DNA of 64,000 nucleotides. Source: Candidatus Kerfeldbacteria bacterium. GTDB taxonomy: Bacteria > Patescibacteriota > Patescibacteriia > UBA10025 > JAHIVO01. The notes beneath the pieces are model-generated. The model did no database searches. It was not told the origin of the DNA and was given only the letters and a program-made list of their open reading frames with translations. The position numbers and the translations under genes are program-made. Positions within the stretch are counted from its first letter, which is position 1. Each line of letters begins with the position of its first letter. The stretch is taken from contig JACROE010000002.1 in assembly GCA_016214565.1 (NCBI GenBank), positions 280,007-344,006 on the forward strand, in the 5' to 3' direction. Positions 1-11,700 of this stretch are shown in pieces.

Positions 1-1004
1 AGGGCGTCATACATTTCAGGCACCGTCACCTCCATTATCTCATGCGGATTGAAATGTGACCGGCGTGCGATTTCATGATACATGAAACTGGCACCATAAT
101 CGCCGAGAAAAAATGCTTCAACACGGCGATTGCGGGTATAGGAATGCAGACGTGCTTGCGTAATCAGCTTGCGGAAATCAGCATCGGGCTTCACCCGTCC
201 GACTGCCCACCGATACTCATGCAGTGCTTTGCGAGGAGAGGCGTCGCGTATCAACTGATCTATACCTTTGGCGTCTTGCCAAGCGGAACGAATACGACTA
301 ACTATATCAGCAGACGTATACGGCTTACTCGTTGCAAGTCCTCGATTAATATACCCATAGCGCGTCACGTGTCGCTCAATGGCGCGTCGACCAGCTGCTG
401 ACAATGCTGACAGTCGCTCTCCGGACTGCTTGAGCTTTTGAGCTAATTTCATCAGCTCCCATTTCTCCTGCGCCACGTCAGTCATGGCCTTCGGATCGGT
501 AAAGATCAAAACAATCTTTCGAAAATCTGGATGGGTTGCTGGTACATATCGAATTAATTGACTTTCAATTGCATCCTCAAAAAATATATCAATTGGATAC
601 TGCGCATACCACGGACACATTAATTCCCGATAAAAGGTAAGCAGCCGGTCAAGCGTGCGCCGCAGATACTCCGTATTCTTGGTTTGCCAATTAATTTTTT
701 GAAGAACGTGGCCCCACCGATACAGTCGCTCAGATTTGCGGAGTTCGCGCTGGCAATAGCGCTCAATCCACCCATCGTTACGCCGCAGATGACCAATCAC
801 TTCTTTTTCGAATAGATCATATTCCTTTGCCGGCCAATACATCATATGATGCAGGTACACGCGATTCAGTAGATAATGCCTAAATCCTACGCGCCGGGCT
901 ATCTCCTTGGCAAAAGAAGAATTAATGGTGAAACGCAAAAAAATCGGCAACTTGCTAGACGGCTTAATCCTCCATGGACCAAATCGGGCAACAGCAGACG
1001 ACAT
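1..1004 (-). CDS. hypothetical protein, partial (extends beyond window start). Last gene of the giant-protein gene cluster or a separately promoted gene.
   Basis: Hand translation of the reverse strand from ATG at 1004..1002 (MSSAVARFGPWRIKPSSKLPIFLRF...) reads open to position 1. It is absent from the ORF track only because no stop lies in the window. Plus-strand ORFs 75..401 and 876..1082 are shadow frames of it. No recognisable motif. Confidence 0.5.
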   Translation of the reverse strand, partial: MSSAVARFGPWRIKPSSKLPIFLRFTINSSFAKEIARRVGFRHYLLNRVYLHHMMYWPAKEYDLFEKEVIGHLRRNDGWIERYCQRELRKSERLYRWGHVLQKINWQTKNTEYLRRTLDRLLTFYRELMCPWYAQYPIDIFFEDAIESQLIRYVPATHPDFRKIVLIFTDPKAMTDVAQEKWELMKLAQKLKQSGERLSALSAAGRRAIERHVTRYGYINRGLATSKPYTSADIVSRIRSAWQDAKGIDQLIRDASPRKALHEYRWAVGRVKPDADFRKLITQARLHSYTRNRRVEAFFLGDYGASFMYHEIARRSHFNPHEIMEVTVPEMYDA

Positions 1005-1147
1005 AATATTACATTAATAATGAGATGCTCCTCATTTCAATTATACAATCATGGTATCAAATTCTCCCTTATTTTTCAATAAAAAAAGAAGGCACATGAG
1101 CGCCCTCCAGACACGCGGTCTCGCACCGCTAATACCTCACATGAGTG

Positions 1148-2419
1148 CTATTTCTCCGGTATCAGCTTTCCCCCTTCGAGACGAAACGTAGACCACATAA
1201 AGGTTCCGGTCTCCTGATTACCATAGGCAATCGGCTCGTAATCATGGCCGAGTAATTTGCCCAATTCTACCCCCACCAATGCGGAAGCGTTTTCTGACAA
1301 GCCTATCTTTTCTTTGAGGAGATATTGCAAAAATTCTGAAACTAACGGAATATTGACTGCCCCAGCCCGGATACTTGCCACCCAACGCGCTCGATCCTTA
1401 TGAGCAGATGCGCCTCGATATTTTGTGTCGACATACTCTGCCACTGCCTGCAACCAGGCGGGACTAGACTGGAGCGCTGGCACCAGCGCCCCCTCCCGTG
1501 CCAGCAATTTCAATGCAGCAACCAAGGTATTTGTGTCACGCTCGCGTGAAGCAGCGGAGAGTATGCGTTTAATTTTTTGCACATCCCCTTGAGTAGTGGC
1601 CATCAGCCGATCCTCTATCTCCAATACGGGCGCTCGTGATTCCCAATATCGCGCATACAAATTCTTAAGCATTGATAATGTTTCTACGTTGGTGTTAATC
1701 CCTGGCTTTTTGGCAGGAGATTTAATCAGCTCACTTTCTGCGTCCTCGAGTGCATAGTGCTCAAGTAATGGCGTAAAGAGAACATCGAGTAAGCCAGTGA
1801 GAAACACCGATTGAACTCGAGCAAAGAGCATGAGTAAACGTCGCACCATATCTTTGAGGTTGGGCGCGTGACTCAATACAGTTTGAGATTCAAGGAATTG
1901 GATAATCTCCAGAGTGCTAATGGCTTTCGTCGAACTATGAGTGCCGAGCAGCTTCTTAATCCACTCAGCGACGGTCAATACCGATTCGCCTACCTTCGTC
2001 TCATGAGTCCGCACTTCCTCAGTATTATGCGATATCGTCTCAACAATCTTTCTGACCAGAACACTATCCAGCTCGACATCGCGATACAACCGTAACCGCC
2101 GACCAATCAATTCTTCAATGATAACGCCTCTCCGTAAAGCGAGTAATAAATGTTTTTCAAGCAAACGCAATGCAGGCGCTTCATCAAGGAGGGGGAAAGC
2201 AAGATACATCAGTACGATAAAATCATCGCCAATAGCTTCTTTTACCTCTTCGGCACGAGCTAAGGCTGGGTTGCTGAGCGTCCGATCCAAGGCCAAGTAT
2301 AAATCATGGGCATCACCAACCAAATAATTATGCTGAAACTCGTCGACTGCCGCGCGTAATCGCCGTCTGAAATCAGTCTGTTGAATTGAACTTACTGATA
2401 TATCGTTCGGTTCAAGCAT
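1148..2419 (-). CDS. hypothetical cytoplasmic protein, 423 aa, translationally coupled to the upstream VirB6-like gene
   Basis: Long ORF on the minus strand. Its start lies 3 bp after the stop of the 2422..5772 gene. No TM segments, no Walker motifs, no recognisable family. Confidence 0.6.
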   Translation of the reverse strand: MLEPNDISVSSIQQTDFRRRLRAAVDEFQHNYLVGDAHDLYLALDRTLSNPALARAEEVKEAIGDDFIVLMYLAFPLLDEAPALRLLEKHLLLALRRGVIIEELIGRRLRLYRDVELDSVLVRKIVETISHNTEEVRTHETKVGESVLTVAEWIKKLLGTHSSTKAISTLEIIQFLESQTVLSHAPNLKDMVRRLLMLFARVQSVFLTGLLDVLFTPLLEHYALEDAESELIKSPAKKPGINTNVETLSMLKNLYARYWESRAPVLEIEDRLMATTQGDVQKIKRILSAASRERDTNTLVAALKLLAREGALVPALQSSPAWLQAVAEYVDTKYRGASAHKDRARWVASIRAGAVNIPLVSEFLQYLLKEKIGLSENASALVGVELGKLLGHDYEPIAYGNQETGTFMWSTFRLEGGKLIPEK

Positions 2420-2421
2420 AC

Positions 2422-5400
2422 TTAGGATTCAGATGATGTAGTTTCCTCGTCGTCTTCATCTTCTGTTTCTTGTTCAGTCGCATCCCCTGCCTTCTCTTTT
2501 TGACCAGGACGCTGCAATTTTCTTAGCAAATCTCTCATTTCGCGCCAAATCTTCAATTGTTCACCTTGGGGCGCTTGGCGGAATGCTTGGAAATCATTTT
2601 GGCTTAACCCATCAAGTTTATTCCGCAGCGGGTCAATCATTTCATTTTGCATGCGCTTGGCAGTGGCACCAAATTTCTCCGTACCCATATCCCCAAGCGT
2701 CTTGGAAATATTCTCAAGCGCTTCTTGGGCTTTATCCAATGCTGCCACCATCTGATCCTGTGACACCACACTCTGATCCATGCGGGAAACCATAGCGTTC
2801 AAGGCTTGCATTGGAGACATAGCTGCTTGAACTTCAGGATTATCATACGCCTCATCCGGTAATGCGAGATCCTCTGTAGGTACATCAGCCACTAGTTGAT
2901 CACGTCCTTCTGCTGATGAACCGCTCGTGCCAGGGCCGCCGGGTACAACTTCCACCTTGGGTTGCGGGGCGCTCGGTTTGGCTTTAGATTTTTTCTTAGA
3001 CTTAGATGTTTCTTCGCCAGTATCGCTCGTATCTTCACCTTCTTCATTGTCAGCGCCTGCATCAGTCTCGTCATCTCCACCATCTTCTTTTTTGCCTTTA
3101 TCATCTTTTGCTTTCTTATCTTCTGACTTTTCAGTGGTAAATGCTTTAGCAATTGATTTTTCACTATCACCTAGCTTGCCAACTTCTTTACCATCGAGAT
3201 AGAAATCAGCAACAGCTTTTAGTTGCTCGGCGAGTTTTTGCTTTTCTTCATCAGAAACGTCTTTCCCGCTGATTACTCCAGTAGCTTTATCAACTTGTAG
3301 GTCAGCGTTAGGATTCTTATCTTTTGCTTTTTTCTGAGCATTTTCAATAATTAAATCAAAAATATTCTGCACGTTACCCTTTACCTCACCAGTTTCATAA
3401 TCTATTTCCTGGAACTTCACCAATCCATCACCGCCCATTTTCTTCCAGAATCCTGCTGGCGCTTGATACCACTCATCAATCATATGGAACATACGCTCTT
3501 TATCAACCTTATCCCCCAGCATCGCGCCTGTTTCTTTGTCAATTTCTTCATCAGTACCGCCCATCATGGCGCTGGCAGTACGAACCTGGGAGTGCTCATT
3601 GATCTTATTGGCTGGCTGAGAGCGGAACGTGGCGAGAAACGCCGCTTCATTAAAGCTATCCATCTCGCCCCCTGTCATCCGACGTATATTGGCGTTTGGA
3701 TCCTTCACTAGCTCGCCAGTCTTTTCATCTTTCAAAACCTTGCCATCTTTATCCCTCATGAATTCATCAACCACAAAACGGCCATTCTTTTTAACAAAAT
3801 TACCCTTATCGTCCTTTAAGAATTTCTTAACTTCGCGTAAATTAGTAAATGTATGCGGTGATGCGCCAAGCTGAGCACGGCCCGTACCCTTCTTGTATTC
3901 ACTCATGGCTTTGCTGACATCATCTTTGGCCAGCCATTTATAATGACCAGTCTTGGCATCGTAGGTATTATGCCCTCCATATTCCTCGTGCTTGACCTTC
4001 TTACCAATTTCCTCTAATTCATACACCAAACGATGTCCTTGCTCATCGTGTCCATCCGGACCACCGAGAGCATTACGTAAAAATAGATTGAGCTTTTCAC
4101 GCCCGTAAAACCCCTTCTCATCTGCAAATCCCACCTTTTCAACGCCGTTTTCATCCTTCCACTTCGCGTGCTTTTGAAAATATTCATCCTGCATGATGTC
4201 ATCTAAATGCCCTCCTTCAGCTGCAATCCGAATCAATGAGCGCATACGGCGCTGATATTCCGATTTCTTCGGATCCTTTTGCAAACCCTCATACAGTAGT
4301 CGAGCTGACTCCGCCTTTTCTTCTTTATTCATGCCGTGATAATCTTTGGCAAATTGGGACTCCAGCGCCGCCTCAGCCCGGTCTATGTGCGGAATCTTTA
4401 CTTTGCCGCCAGTTGAAACGCGTTCCCAAAACTGACGACCTTTTGCCTGAGCGACCGTACGAGTCATTCGATCAAGTTCTTCACCACGCTCTCGAGCACC
4501 TTTCACGATGTTCCACGGCTGCATCACCGCCGGCGCTCGATCCTCATACCAGCGCCGTACGCGTCGACCCTGGCTGGTAGCAAGCGCTTTTGCCCCGTCG
4601 CCCGCCCATTTAGCCGGAGCGGCAGCAATGCGCAATGACGACGAACCCGCTTTCTTCAATTTATCGCTAAACTGTCCGGCAATCCGACCAGCGGTTCCAC
4701 CCAAACTTGAGGCAACTGCCAATGAAATACCCAACATAGATATGCCCAGAATAAACCCGAGCATATTCTGAGAATTTGAAACATCCGAGATGGTGGCGGT
4801 CACAGTTGAAGTCGAATCAATAACATTGCTTTCCCCAATCTGAGTCGAACCAATAAGGTTTGGATGAGCCGTCATCACCGCTAGGGACAACCACAAGAAA
4901 AAGGCAAGTATTGGTCCGGTCGTCACCCATTTGCCAAACGTGCTCCACCACTGACTACTGTATTTGGACGTCATGGGGAACGATGCTGCTAAATAGGCAA
5001 GCGGCGATAAGACAACGAGTACCCATAGCGCAATCAATCGAATCAGTAACATAACTAATATGACCACCATGACCATCAGTGCCACAATCAGCAAAATAAC
5101 CGCGAGGGCTGGCGCCGCCACCATTTCAAATGGTGTAACACTTGAAAGATTTGGGTTATTACCCAAAAAATTCAACATATCCCGCAGTTTCAAGACCGAG
5201 GTAAAATTAGCCGCGGCAGTATCGGCAAATGCATTGACGAATGTCAGCATCACCACCTGACCAAAATCAATAAAGAAACCAGCGATCAATTTCGAAAAAT
5301 TAATCAGCACGGCCATGATGACGAGTTTCGGCAATAATCGCTGATAGCGATATGACTCAATTTTCAAAATAGTACCAAAAGCAATAACGAGCAGCACTAA

Positions 5401-5772
5401 CACAAAAAACATGTTCGACACGTCTCGCACGACAGTCCAGCCTTGTTCAATTACCGGCGATGTCGAAAAATCATTATATTGAGCGATGTCAACAATAATG
5501 TCGATAATCACAATCAGTAATTTCCCGAGCAGTGACGCGACCCACAATAATACATTAGCAAATGCAGACGCTAACGCACTGGTAACGATACCGCCAATGG
5601 TTGTATTAGTTGGCTCTTTTGTCTGCGCGATGGCCTGCCAACCAATGCCAAAAGTTCCGGCAACCACAAATACCAAAACCGCCGCGATGGCCAAGGTAAT
5701 TTTCAGCCGCGGACGGGTAGATATATAGCTCATGATGGTATGCACGAATTGGCGCATACGAATATTATTCAA
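2422..5772 (-). CDS. polytopic membrane protein, 1116 aa, with a VirB6/TrbL-like N-terminal domain (~330 aa, 6-8 predicted TM helices) and a ~780-aa hydrophilic, highly charged C-terminal tail
   Basis: The N-terminus has multiple long hydrophobic stretches (LAIAAVLVFVVAGTFGIGW; LLWVASLLGKLLIVIIDIIV; MFFVLVLLVIAFGTIL; LVIMAVLINFSKLIAGFFIDFGQVVMLTF; ALAVILLIVALMVMVVILVMLLIRLIALWVLVVLSPLAYL; ILAFFLWLSLAVM). This arrangement resembles TrbL/VirB6 family proteins. The tail is rich in K/D/E/G repeats (KDGKVLKDEKTGELVKD...; KKAKDDKGKKEDGGDDETDAGADNEEGEDTSD) and coiled-coil-like segments. Confidence 0.7.
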   Translation of the reverse strand: MNNIRMRQFVHTIMSYISTRPRLKITLAIAAVLVFVVAGTFGIGWQAIAQTKEPTNTTIGGIVTSALASAFANVLLWVASLLGKLLIVIIDIIVDIAQYNDFSTSPVIEQGWTVVRDVSNMFFVLVLLVIAFGTILKIESYRYQRLLPKLVIMAVLINFSKLIAGFFIDFGQVVMLTFVNAFADTAAANFTSVLKLRDMLNFLGNNPNLSSVTPFEMVAAPALAVILLIVALMVMVVILVMLLIRLIALWVLVVLSPLAYLAASFPMTSKYSSQWWSTFGKWVTTGPILAFFLWLSLAVMTAHPNLIGSTQIGESNVIDSTSTVTATISDVSNSQNMLGFILGISMLGISLAVASSLGGTAGRIAGQFSDKLKKAGSSSLRIAAAPAKWAGDGAKALATSQGRRVRRWYEDRAPAVMQPWNIVKGARERGEELDRMTRTVAQAKGRQFWERVSTGGKVKIPHIDRAEAALESQFAKDYHGMNKEEKAESARLLYEGLQKDPKKSEYQRRMRSLIRIAAEGGHLDDIMQDEYFQKHAKWKDENGVEKVGFADEKGFYGREKLNLFLRNALGGPDGHDEQGHRLVYELEEIGKKVKHEEYGGHNTYDAKTGHYKWLAKDDVSKAMSEYKKGTGRAQLGASPHTFTNLREVKKFLKDDKGNFVKKNGRFVVDEFMRDKDGKVLKDEKTGELVKDPNANIRRMTGGEMDSFNEAAFLATFRSQPANKINEHSQVRTASAMMGGTDEEIDKETGAMLGDKVDKERMFHMIDEWYQAPAGFWKKMGGDGLVKFQEIDYETGEVKGNVQNIFDLIIENAQKKAKDKNPNADLQVDKATGVISGKDVSDEEKQKLAEQLKAVADFYLDGKEVGKLGDSEKSIAKAFTTEKSEDKKAKDDKGKKEDGGDDETDAGADNEEGEDTSDTGEETSKSKKKSKAKPSAPQPKVEVVPGGPGTSGSSAEGRDQLVADVPTEDLALPDEAYDNPEVQAAMSPMQALNAMVSRMDQSVVSQDQMVAALDKAQEALENISKTLGDMGTEKFGATAKRMQNEMIDPLRNKLDGLSQNDFQAFRQAPQGEQLKIWREMRDLLRKLQRPGQKEKAGDATEQETEDEDDEETTSSES

Positions 5773-5792
5773 ACAAAATCATTTCAGTCTTC

Positions 5793-8700
5793 TTAGGGAT
5801 TCACGTTGGCAGTCACGCCGGTAGCAAACCAGCCCTGGTTGGCACATGGCGAGCCATCGACCTGATAGCGGCAATCACCGCTTGGACAGCTCGAACCGGT
5901 GCCCTTGAGCACGCCGCACCAGTCCCAATTATCAATCACCCTGATACGGATCGGATAGGCTCCGCCAGTGGTATATTCATGCGTGACAAACACCGTGCCA
6001 GAATCATAGGTTCCCACTGAGGAATAATCAGCATTACCGTCATTGTCGAAGTCTACTTCAATCAATTTAACCGGCTTCTGATTCGGATCGGCATTGACAT
6101 TGAAGGTCAGCTGAACCAATTGTCCGACACTGACATTCTGACAGCCGCTGGTTGATGGCTGTCCGCCCGCACCACACAAGACGGTATCAATCACTGGAGG
6201 CACGCCACAATAATCATTGGGATACAACGGACGCTCAGCGGCACCCTTAGGCGCACTATACGGACAGACGGACATATTCGCATATTGGCCAATCCAGGTC
6301 GCCGGCAAATTTGTTGCACCAACTAAATTGGTCGTATCTTCGACATACCCAGCCGTTGCGTTATCCCAGCGCCAGGCCAGGAAAGGCCGCGCAAATAACC
6401 GTCGGAGTCGATCATTACCCTGGGGAATAGTAGTGATAGGAGAAGCACCACCACCGCCCAAGAGGCACGGACCAAAATCATTAACTCCCGAAAGACAATC
6501 TGAATTAACCCGACAATATATTTCTGCATTATTTGAGCAGAACCCTTCACCCAACCCGAGACAATATCCATCATCTGACGAATCATCCGGATCGGGTCCC
6601 TCGAGACAGGCTCGCTGCAGCGATTGGGTCGAACAGTCATTATCTAAATTCCAGCTGCACATACGGCCAGCACAGCCACCACTGGGACAGCTATAGGATG
6701 ACCCTCCATGTGCCAGCGTGTCATCAGATTTATTTTCAATATAAATTGGTCCGCTGCCTACCCCATTATCCCAGCGCCAGGCAGAGGGTGTCGAAATCGC
6801 CGGACTCGGCTGAATGATGCCTCCATACGGAGTCGTGTGCTGATGATAGCGATACAGTAAATCAGGTAATAGATAGGGTGAATTCGTGTTCGTGCGCTCA
6901 AACCACGCTTTGTCATCATCCCAGGTTACCACTGAGGCAATCGACGTACACATTTCATTAAGTCTAAATATTCCCTGCACCCAAGCACCACCGCCGTTAT
7001 TGCCATCGGTCATGGTTACCGTATATGACTGCAATCGATTATTTGCTGCCCAATTTACCCGTACCCGAATGCTGTTACCCGAGCACGACCAAGTGGCATC
7101 CCAATTATTTCTAGCATTGAGAATAAAGATTGACCGACCTTCATCGGTAGCCGTAGTATTGCAATCCCAATCCGTATGTGCCCATCGTTGCATAACAAAA
7201 TTTATATCCCGGACTTCCCATTTATAATACTGATCCCCCACTGCGGCATTGTAGGTCGAATTAATGGCATTGCACGTCCCTCCATCACCTGCATCGCACG
7301 CGCCACAAACTCCCGTTTTAAATTGACAATTTGATGCAGGCACCGTTCCGGCCATATTACCCGCCTCATCACACTCACCCGTACCAGACTGATTAACGAT
7401 AATGGTCGACATGGGGCCGCGGTACCGATAGCTCAGATTGAGTAAGGGGGAGATGGGGAAAGAAATGCCACAATTACCCCGGGTAGTGCCCGCACTATCT
7501 GAATTTACCGTTGCCCCGGAAAAGGTTGTCTGATTTGCTCCGCGAATATCTTTTGGAGTCGAATAATTCCCTTCCGCACCCAGACACATATAGAGTGGGC
7601 GACGGCCGGAGTAGCCAGTAATTTTCAGTGAGCTAAATGCGCTTGAATCACCTTTCAATAAATCAACCGGCCACCAATTAAGGCAATATTTCGGATAGCG
7701 AGGATCATGTTCTAGACAATAACCTTCCCAGCCTTTATGGGTTGTGTTATTTTCGTCAGTGTAGGTACAATAGGGCGAATCGACTCCAGGGAATAAACGA
7801 CAATCTCGCGATAACAACCCCTGGTCGCTTTCTTTCGTTTGCAAAACTGGCTTCATAGAAACATCGTCCAGATAGAACTCAACGGAGGGAACCGTATCCC
7901 CACTTTGGAAATTGTGGACGATTTCCAAGCGAATACTATCAAAATCAACCGGTGCGCCACTATTGGTGTCTCCGATGCGAATTGGACCATACACATATTC
8001 TTTCCAATTCACCGTCGGCGCAAAGTCGCCAACTGTTTTATAATCAAGCTCATTTCCATTTGCATTGACATAGGCAAATTGTACGCGCACAGTATCATAG
8101 GCTGATGCAGGCACACCCCAGCGCAATCTGAAGGAAACGTAATACTCTTCTGATCGCTGAGCTGACTTATGCAGGTCATAATATATACCATTCCAGTTGG
8201 CAGTGCCGGCGCCAACATTACCGCTGGTTTTGACGCGAGCAACGTTGTTTTCATCTAAATTCCCGCTGGTGGATGGGATAGTGCCATTATTAATATCTTC
8301 CTCAGCCCAGGTAACGACCGCCGTGCCTCCCTGCAGATTGCGTGGCTGCCACGCCGTATCAAGGTTAACCAAGGCAATCTCAGTAGCATTAAATAATCCA
8401 GGCGTTTCTACGCAGGTATCGCTTGAGGCGCTCAGCGGGCATGATAATTTTTGATTGAGCGCGTAATCACGATCACCGAAATCCCCATCTTCAATAATTT
8501 CTCCATTAATACTGATAGAACCAACCTCTTCCATAGCCGCAACGGGCAAGCTTCCCTCATATATCTGCGGATCGTCGCAGGTGCCACTGCCGCACTGCGC
8601 GTCAGAGGTGCAGGTGATGGATGGATTATTAGTGCAGCGACGGTCCCAGTCCAGCCCTGCCATCACCAGCCCAGTGTAATTCTGAATCTTGCTCACGAAA

Positions 8701-11700
8701 GCGGGTGAATCGTACGTCTGATTCACACTTTCAAATTCGCCGACTTTGGTGCACTGCCCAGTCTCCGGATCCAATTCCTCACAGACGTATCGCGACAAAC
8801 ATAATTCCTCGACATTCCCCTCAGCGTCTTCCTGCCGGACTGACGTTTCACACTCAAGCCAGCGTTTGCACTCACGATCTCGAATAACCTTAATCACCGC
8901 GTTTGAATCGCACTCATTAGGATCAGCGCAGAGCGCGGGCGTTTCGCCATCAACTGAAAGAGTCGAAACATACGGCAATTCGGAATTCGACGTATCATTG
9001 AAGAGGCGACAGCCTTCCTCTCGATCCACCAGACCATTGCAACTCGCTTGATCAACAGTTTCATCAATATAATAGTACGGTACATAGTCAAAGACATCGG
9101 CCACTTCAACGATTGAAAAACTGTCAATCAAAATATCGCAGGTATTCGGGGAAGGCGAGAAACTGCCGGCTGGTACGCTCCGACGAATCACCATGGAGAA
9201 ATTATTCTGTAGTTCTTCGACAGAGCCGGACGTATTATACCAGTCGTCGGGGTCAACTGAACCAAAGGTAACGACATTTTCAAACGTGGTCCACGAATTC
9301 GTCGCATTAAAATTACTGTACGGTCGATAATCAGTTCGACCATTTGGCCAAGCGCGATTATCAATCGTTCGCACCAACCCAAATCCGATATCGGTGTTTC
9401 CGCTGTTTGACGGATCGCAGGTGGCATCATTTGGGTCAAGCCGCGCCTGGAACGACACTTTGAACGCACGATTATCAGTAATGCTATCAGTATTCACCCC
9501 ATACCAGATATAGCGCGCCTGGTCGCCGAGACAATAATCACTAGCGCCACAATCAGCGTCACTGGTACATGTCGTGGCACTATTAATCGCGCAATGGTAT
9601 GTGATTGAACTATTAACGCTCTTGCCGCAGGCATCATACGTCTTTACGCGCGCCGCCACATTGCCGGTATTCGATTGGGAATCAGCGTGCATGCGCAAAC
9701 CGCAGGCCACCCGCTGAGACGTGTCACACACCCCTGCGCCATGAGCACTACAGTTCACATTAGTATTACAGGTTCGATTGGCATCACCGGTACAGCGTCC
9801 TGCTGACGTCTGTGAGCTCGCCCACGGAGTGAACACATCCGGCAACGCGGTATCAATAACACCATCAGTGGCGATACTTGCATTAGCCGTAGTCGTAAAC
9901 GTTTCAAATCCGCCGTTCTCTGAATAATTGCGCGATACAATTTCCCCGCCGGTCTGCACTTGCTCTGGATCACGATACTCGGTGCAGCCCGAGGCGCCCG
10001 ATGAACACGCGCCGACCCAGCCATCAACTGGCTGCGGTACAATGTTTTGATTGCGGTTGCAGAAATTGCTATCACAGTCGCTGGAGGCATTGCATATTTT
10101 CCCGTCATTCGCTCCGCCACCCGAACAAATACCAATAGACACGGGGCAATTTGGCGCGCCTTGGTCGGTGCCGAGCTTGTACCAGCCAGATATATCTTGG
10201 CCGGATACTCGCTTGAATTCACACAGTTTTTGTCCCGGATCTTTGAAATAATATTGAGAGCCATTTGCCGAGGTGAAGGCATCACACTGATTCTCTGCGA
10301 AAACGCACATTTCCTGACCAAAGCGATCAGGATCAACCACGAGATAGGTATCAGTAAATGCAGTCACGTTACCATCACCATCCAAGCCGGGTTTTCCAAG
10401 CTGAGTACAGCCAGCTTGATTTGCACCACATACCTTCTCCGGATCATCCACGATATATACCGTCTCATCTTCAGGCGTGGTTCCTTCCTCGAAATAATAC
10501 GGTTCAGCGGGTGAGGTGCCATTATTGATGTGATTCAGGAGCGCGACGGCATCGGCAATATTAATCGCTCCATCAATATTCACATCGCCGACTGCAGGTG
10601 AAACATTAAGGAAGTAATTATCCGCCCCACTAAAATGTTCGTTCATGAGCGTGACATCGTCAGCCGACAGCCGCCCGTCATAATTAACGTCGCCGCGTAA
10701 ATAACGCTCACGAGTAAATGTCGAACTGTATGGACTGGTGCTCTGCTGCGTCGCAATCATCGCCGTGCAGCCAACTTTATCTTCACCACAGAGACGACTA
10801 AATGATTTCAGGAAATGCTGGTTGCCATCGCGGTCGCTATATTCATCACAACCTTCATAACCAGAGCACTCTTTGTACGATCCTTTTACTTTATAAATAT
10901 TTTCCACCACCTCGCTGATGACAATATTATCAATATAGAAAGCATTATTGGAGAAGAGGACTAATTGCGCGTTGGCTGGATCCGCACCAACAGGAACAAA
11001 GACGGGACCGACGGTAAATCGGTTCCACAATTCACCCGCTGACGCTTGGCCAGTGAAGCTCAGTGACGGCGTGGTGTTGAGGGCAAATGAAACATTGGTT
11101 GTGCCAGCGATCGCCGATCGCGCCCAGAAGGTAATGGTGTACTGGTTACCCGCGGCAAACCCAAGTGTGTCGCCTGCATTATTAATCGCCGCACTATTTG
11201 ACACCAGCATGGAGTGGCCACCGGCGCTGGTCGCCTCAGTGGAAATGCTGGCATTGCCCGTCCAGGCGCCGATTGATCCATCTTCAAAATCCTTCACATA
11301 GAGATCACGTGAATTATCACCGGCATTACCCTTATAGGCGCGGCATCCGGCATAGGCAGCCTGACAGCTGATACCTTGGCCGGGTACCATATGATACACC
11401 ATATTCGGGCCGTCATTCGAATTGCGGAAATTCTTACAGTCCTCCGAGGCAAAGATAACGCGCGAGCGCAGCAAATAATACGTGACACCCGCCGTATCAT
11501 AGTACTCAGTACAATCAGGATTGACGCCAACCTGATCAGGACTACAGGTCGCCGGATTATAGAATTCTTCATCCGTTCCGTTACCATCACGATCAACCGA
11601 ACCACCATCGATACAGGTGGGCCAGGTAGAACCGAGCTGCGCCTGAATGATCGGATCTCCTTCCGCTCCCATATTAGTACAGGGGCCATCATTTTGATTA

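Noticed and set aside
75-1082. Plus-strand ORFs 75..401 and 876..1082
   Set aside because: Hand translation shows a long open frame on the minus strand covering 1..1004 with an ATG at 1004. The plus ORFs are its antisense shadows.
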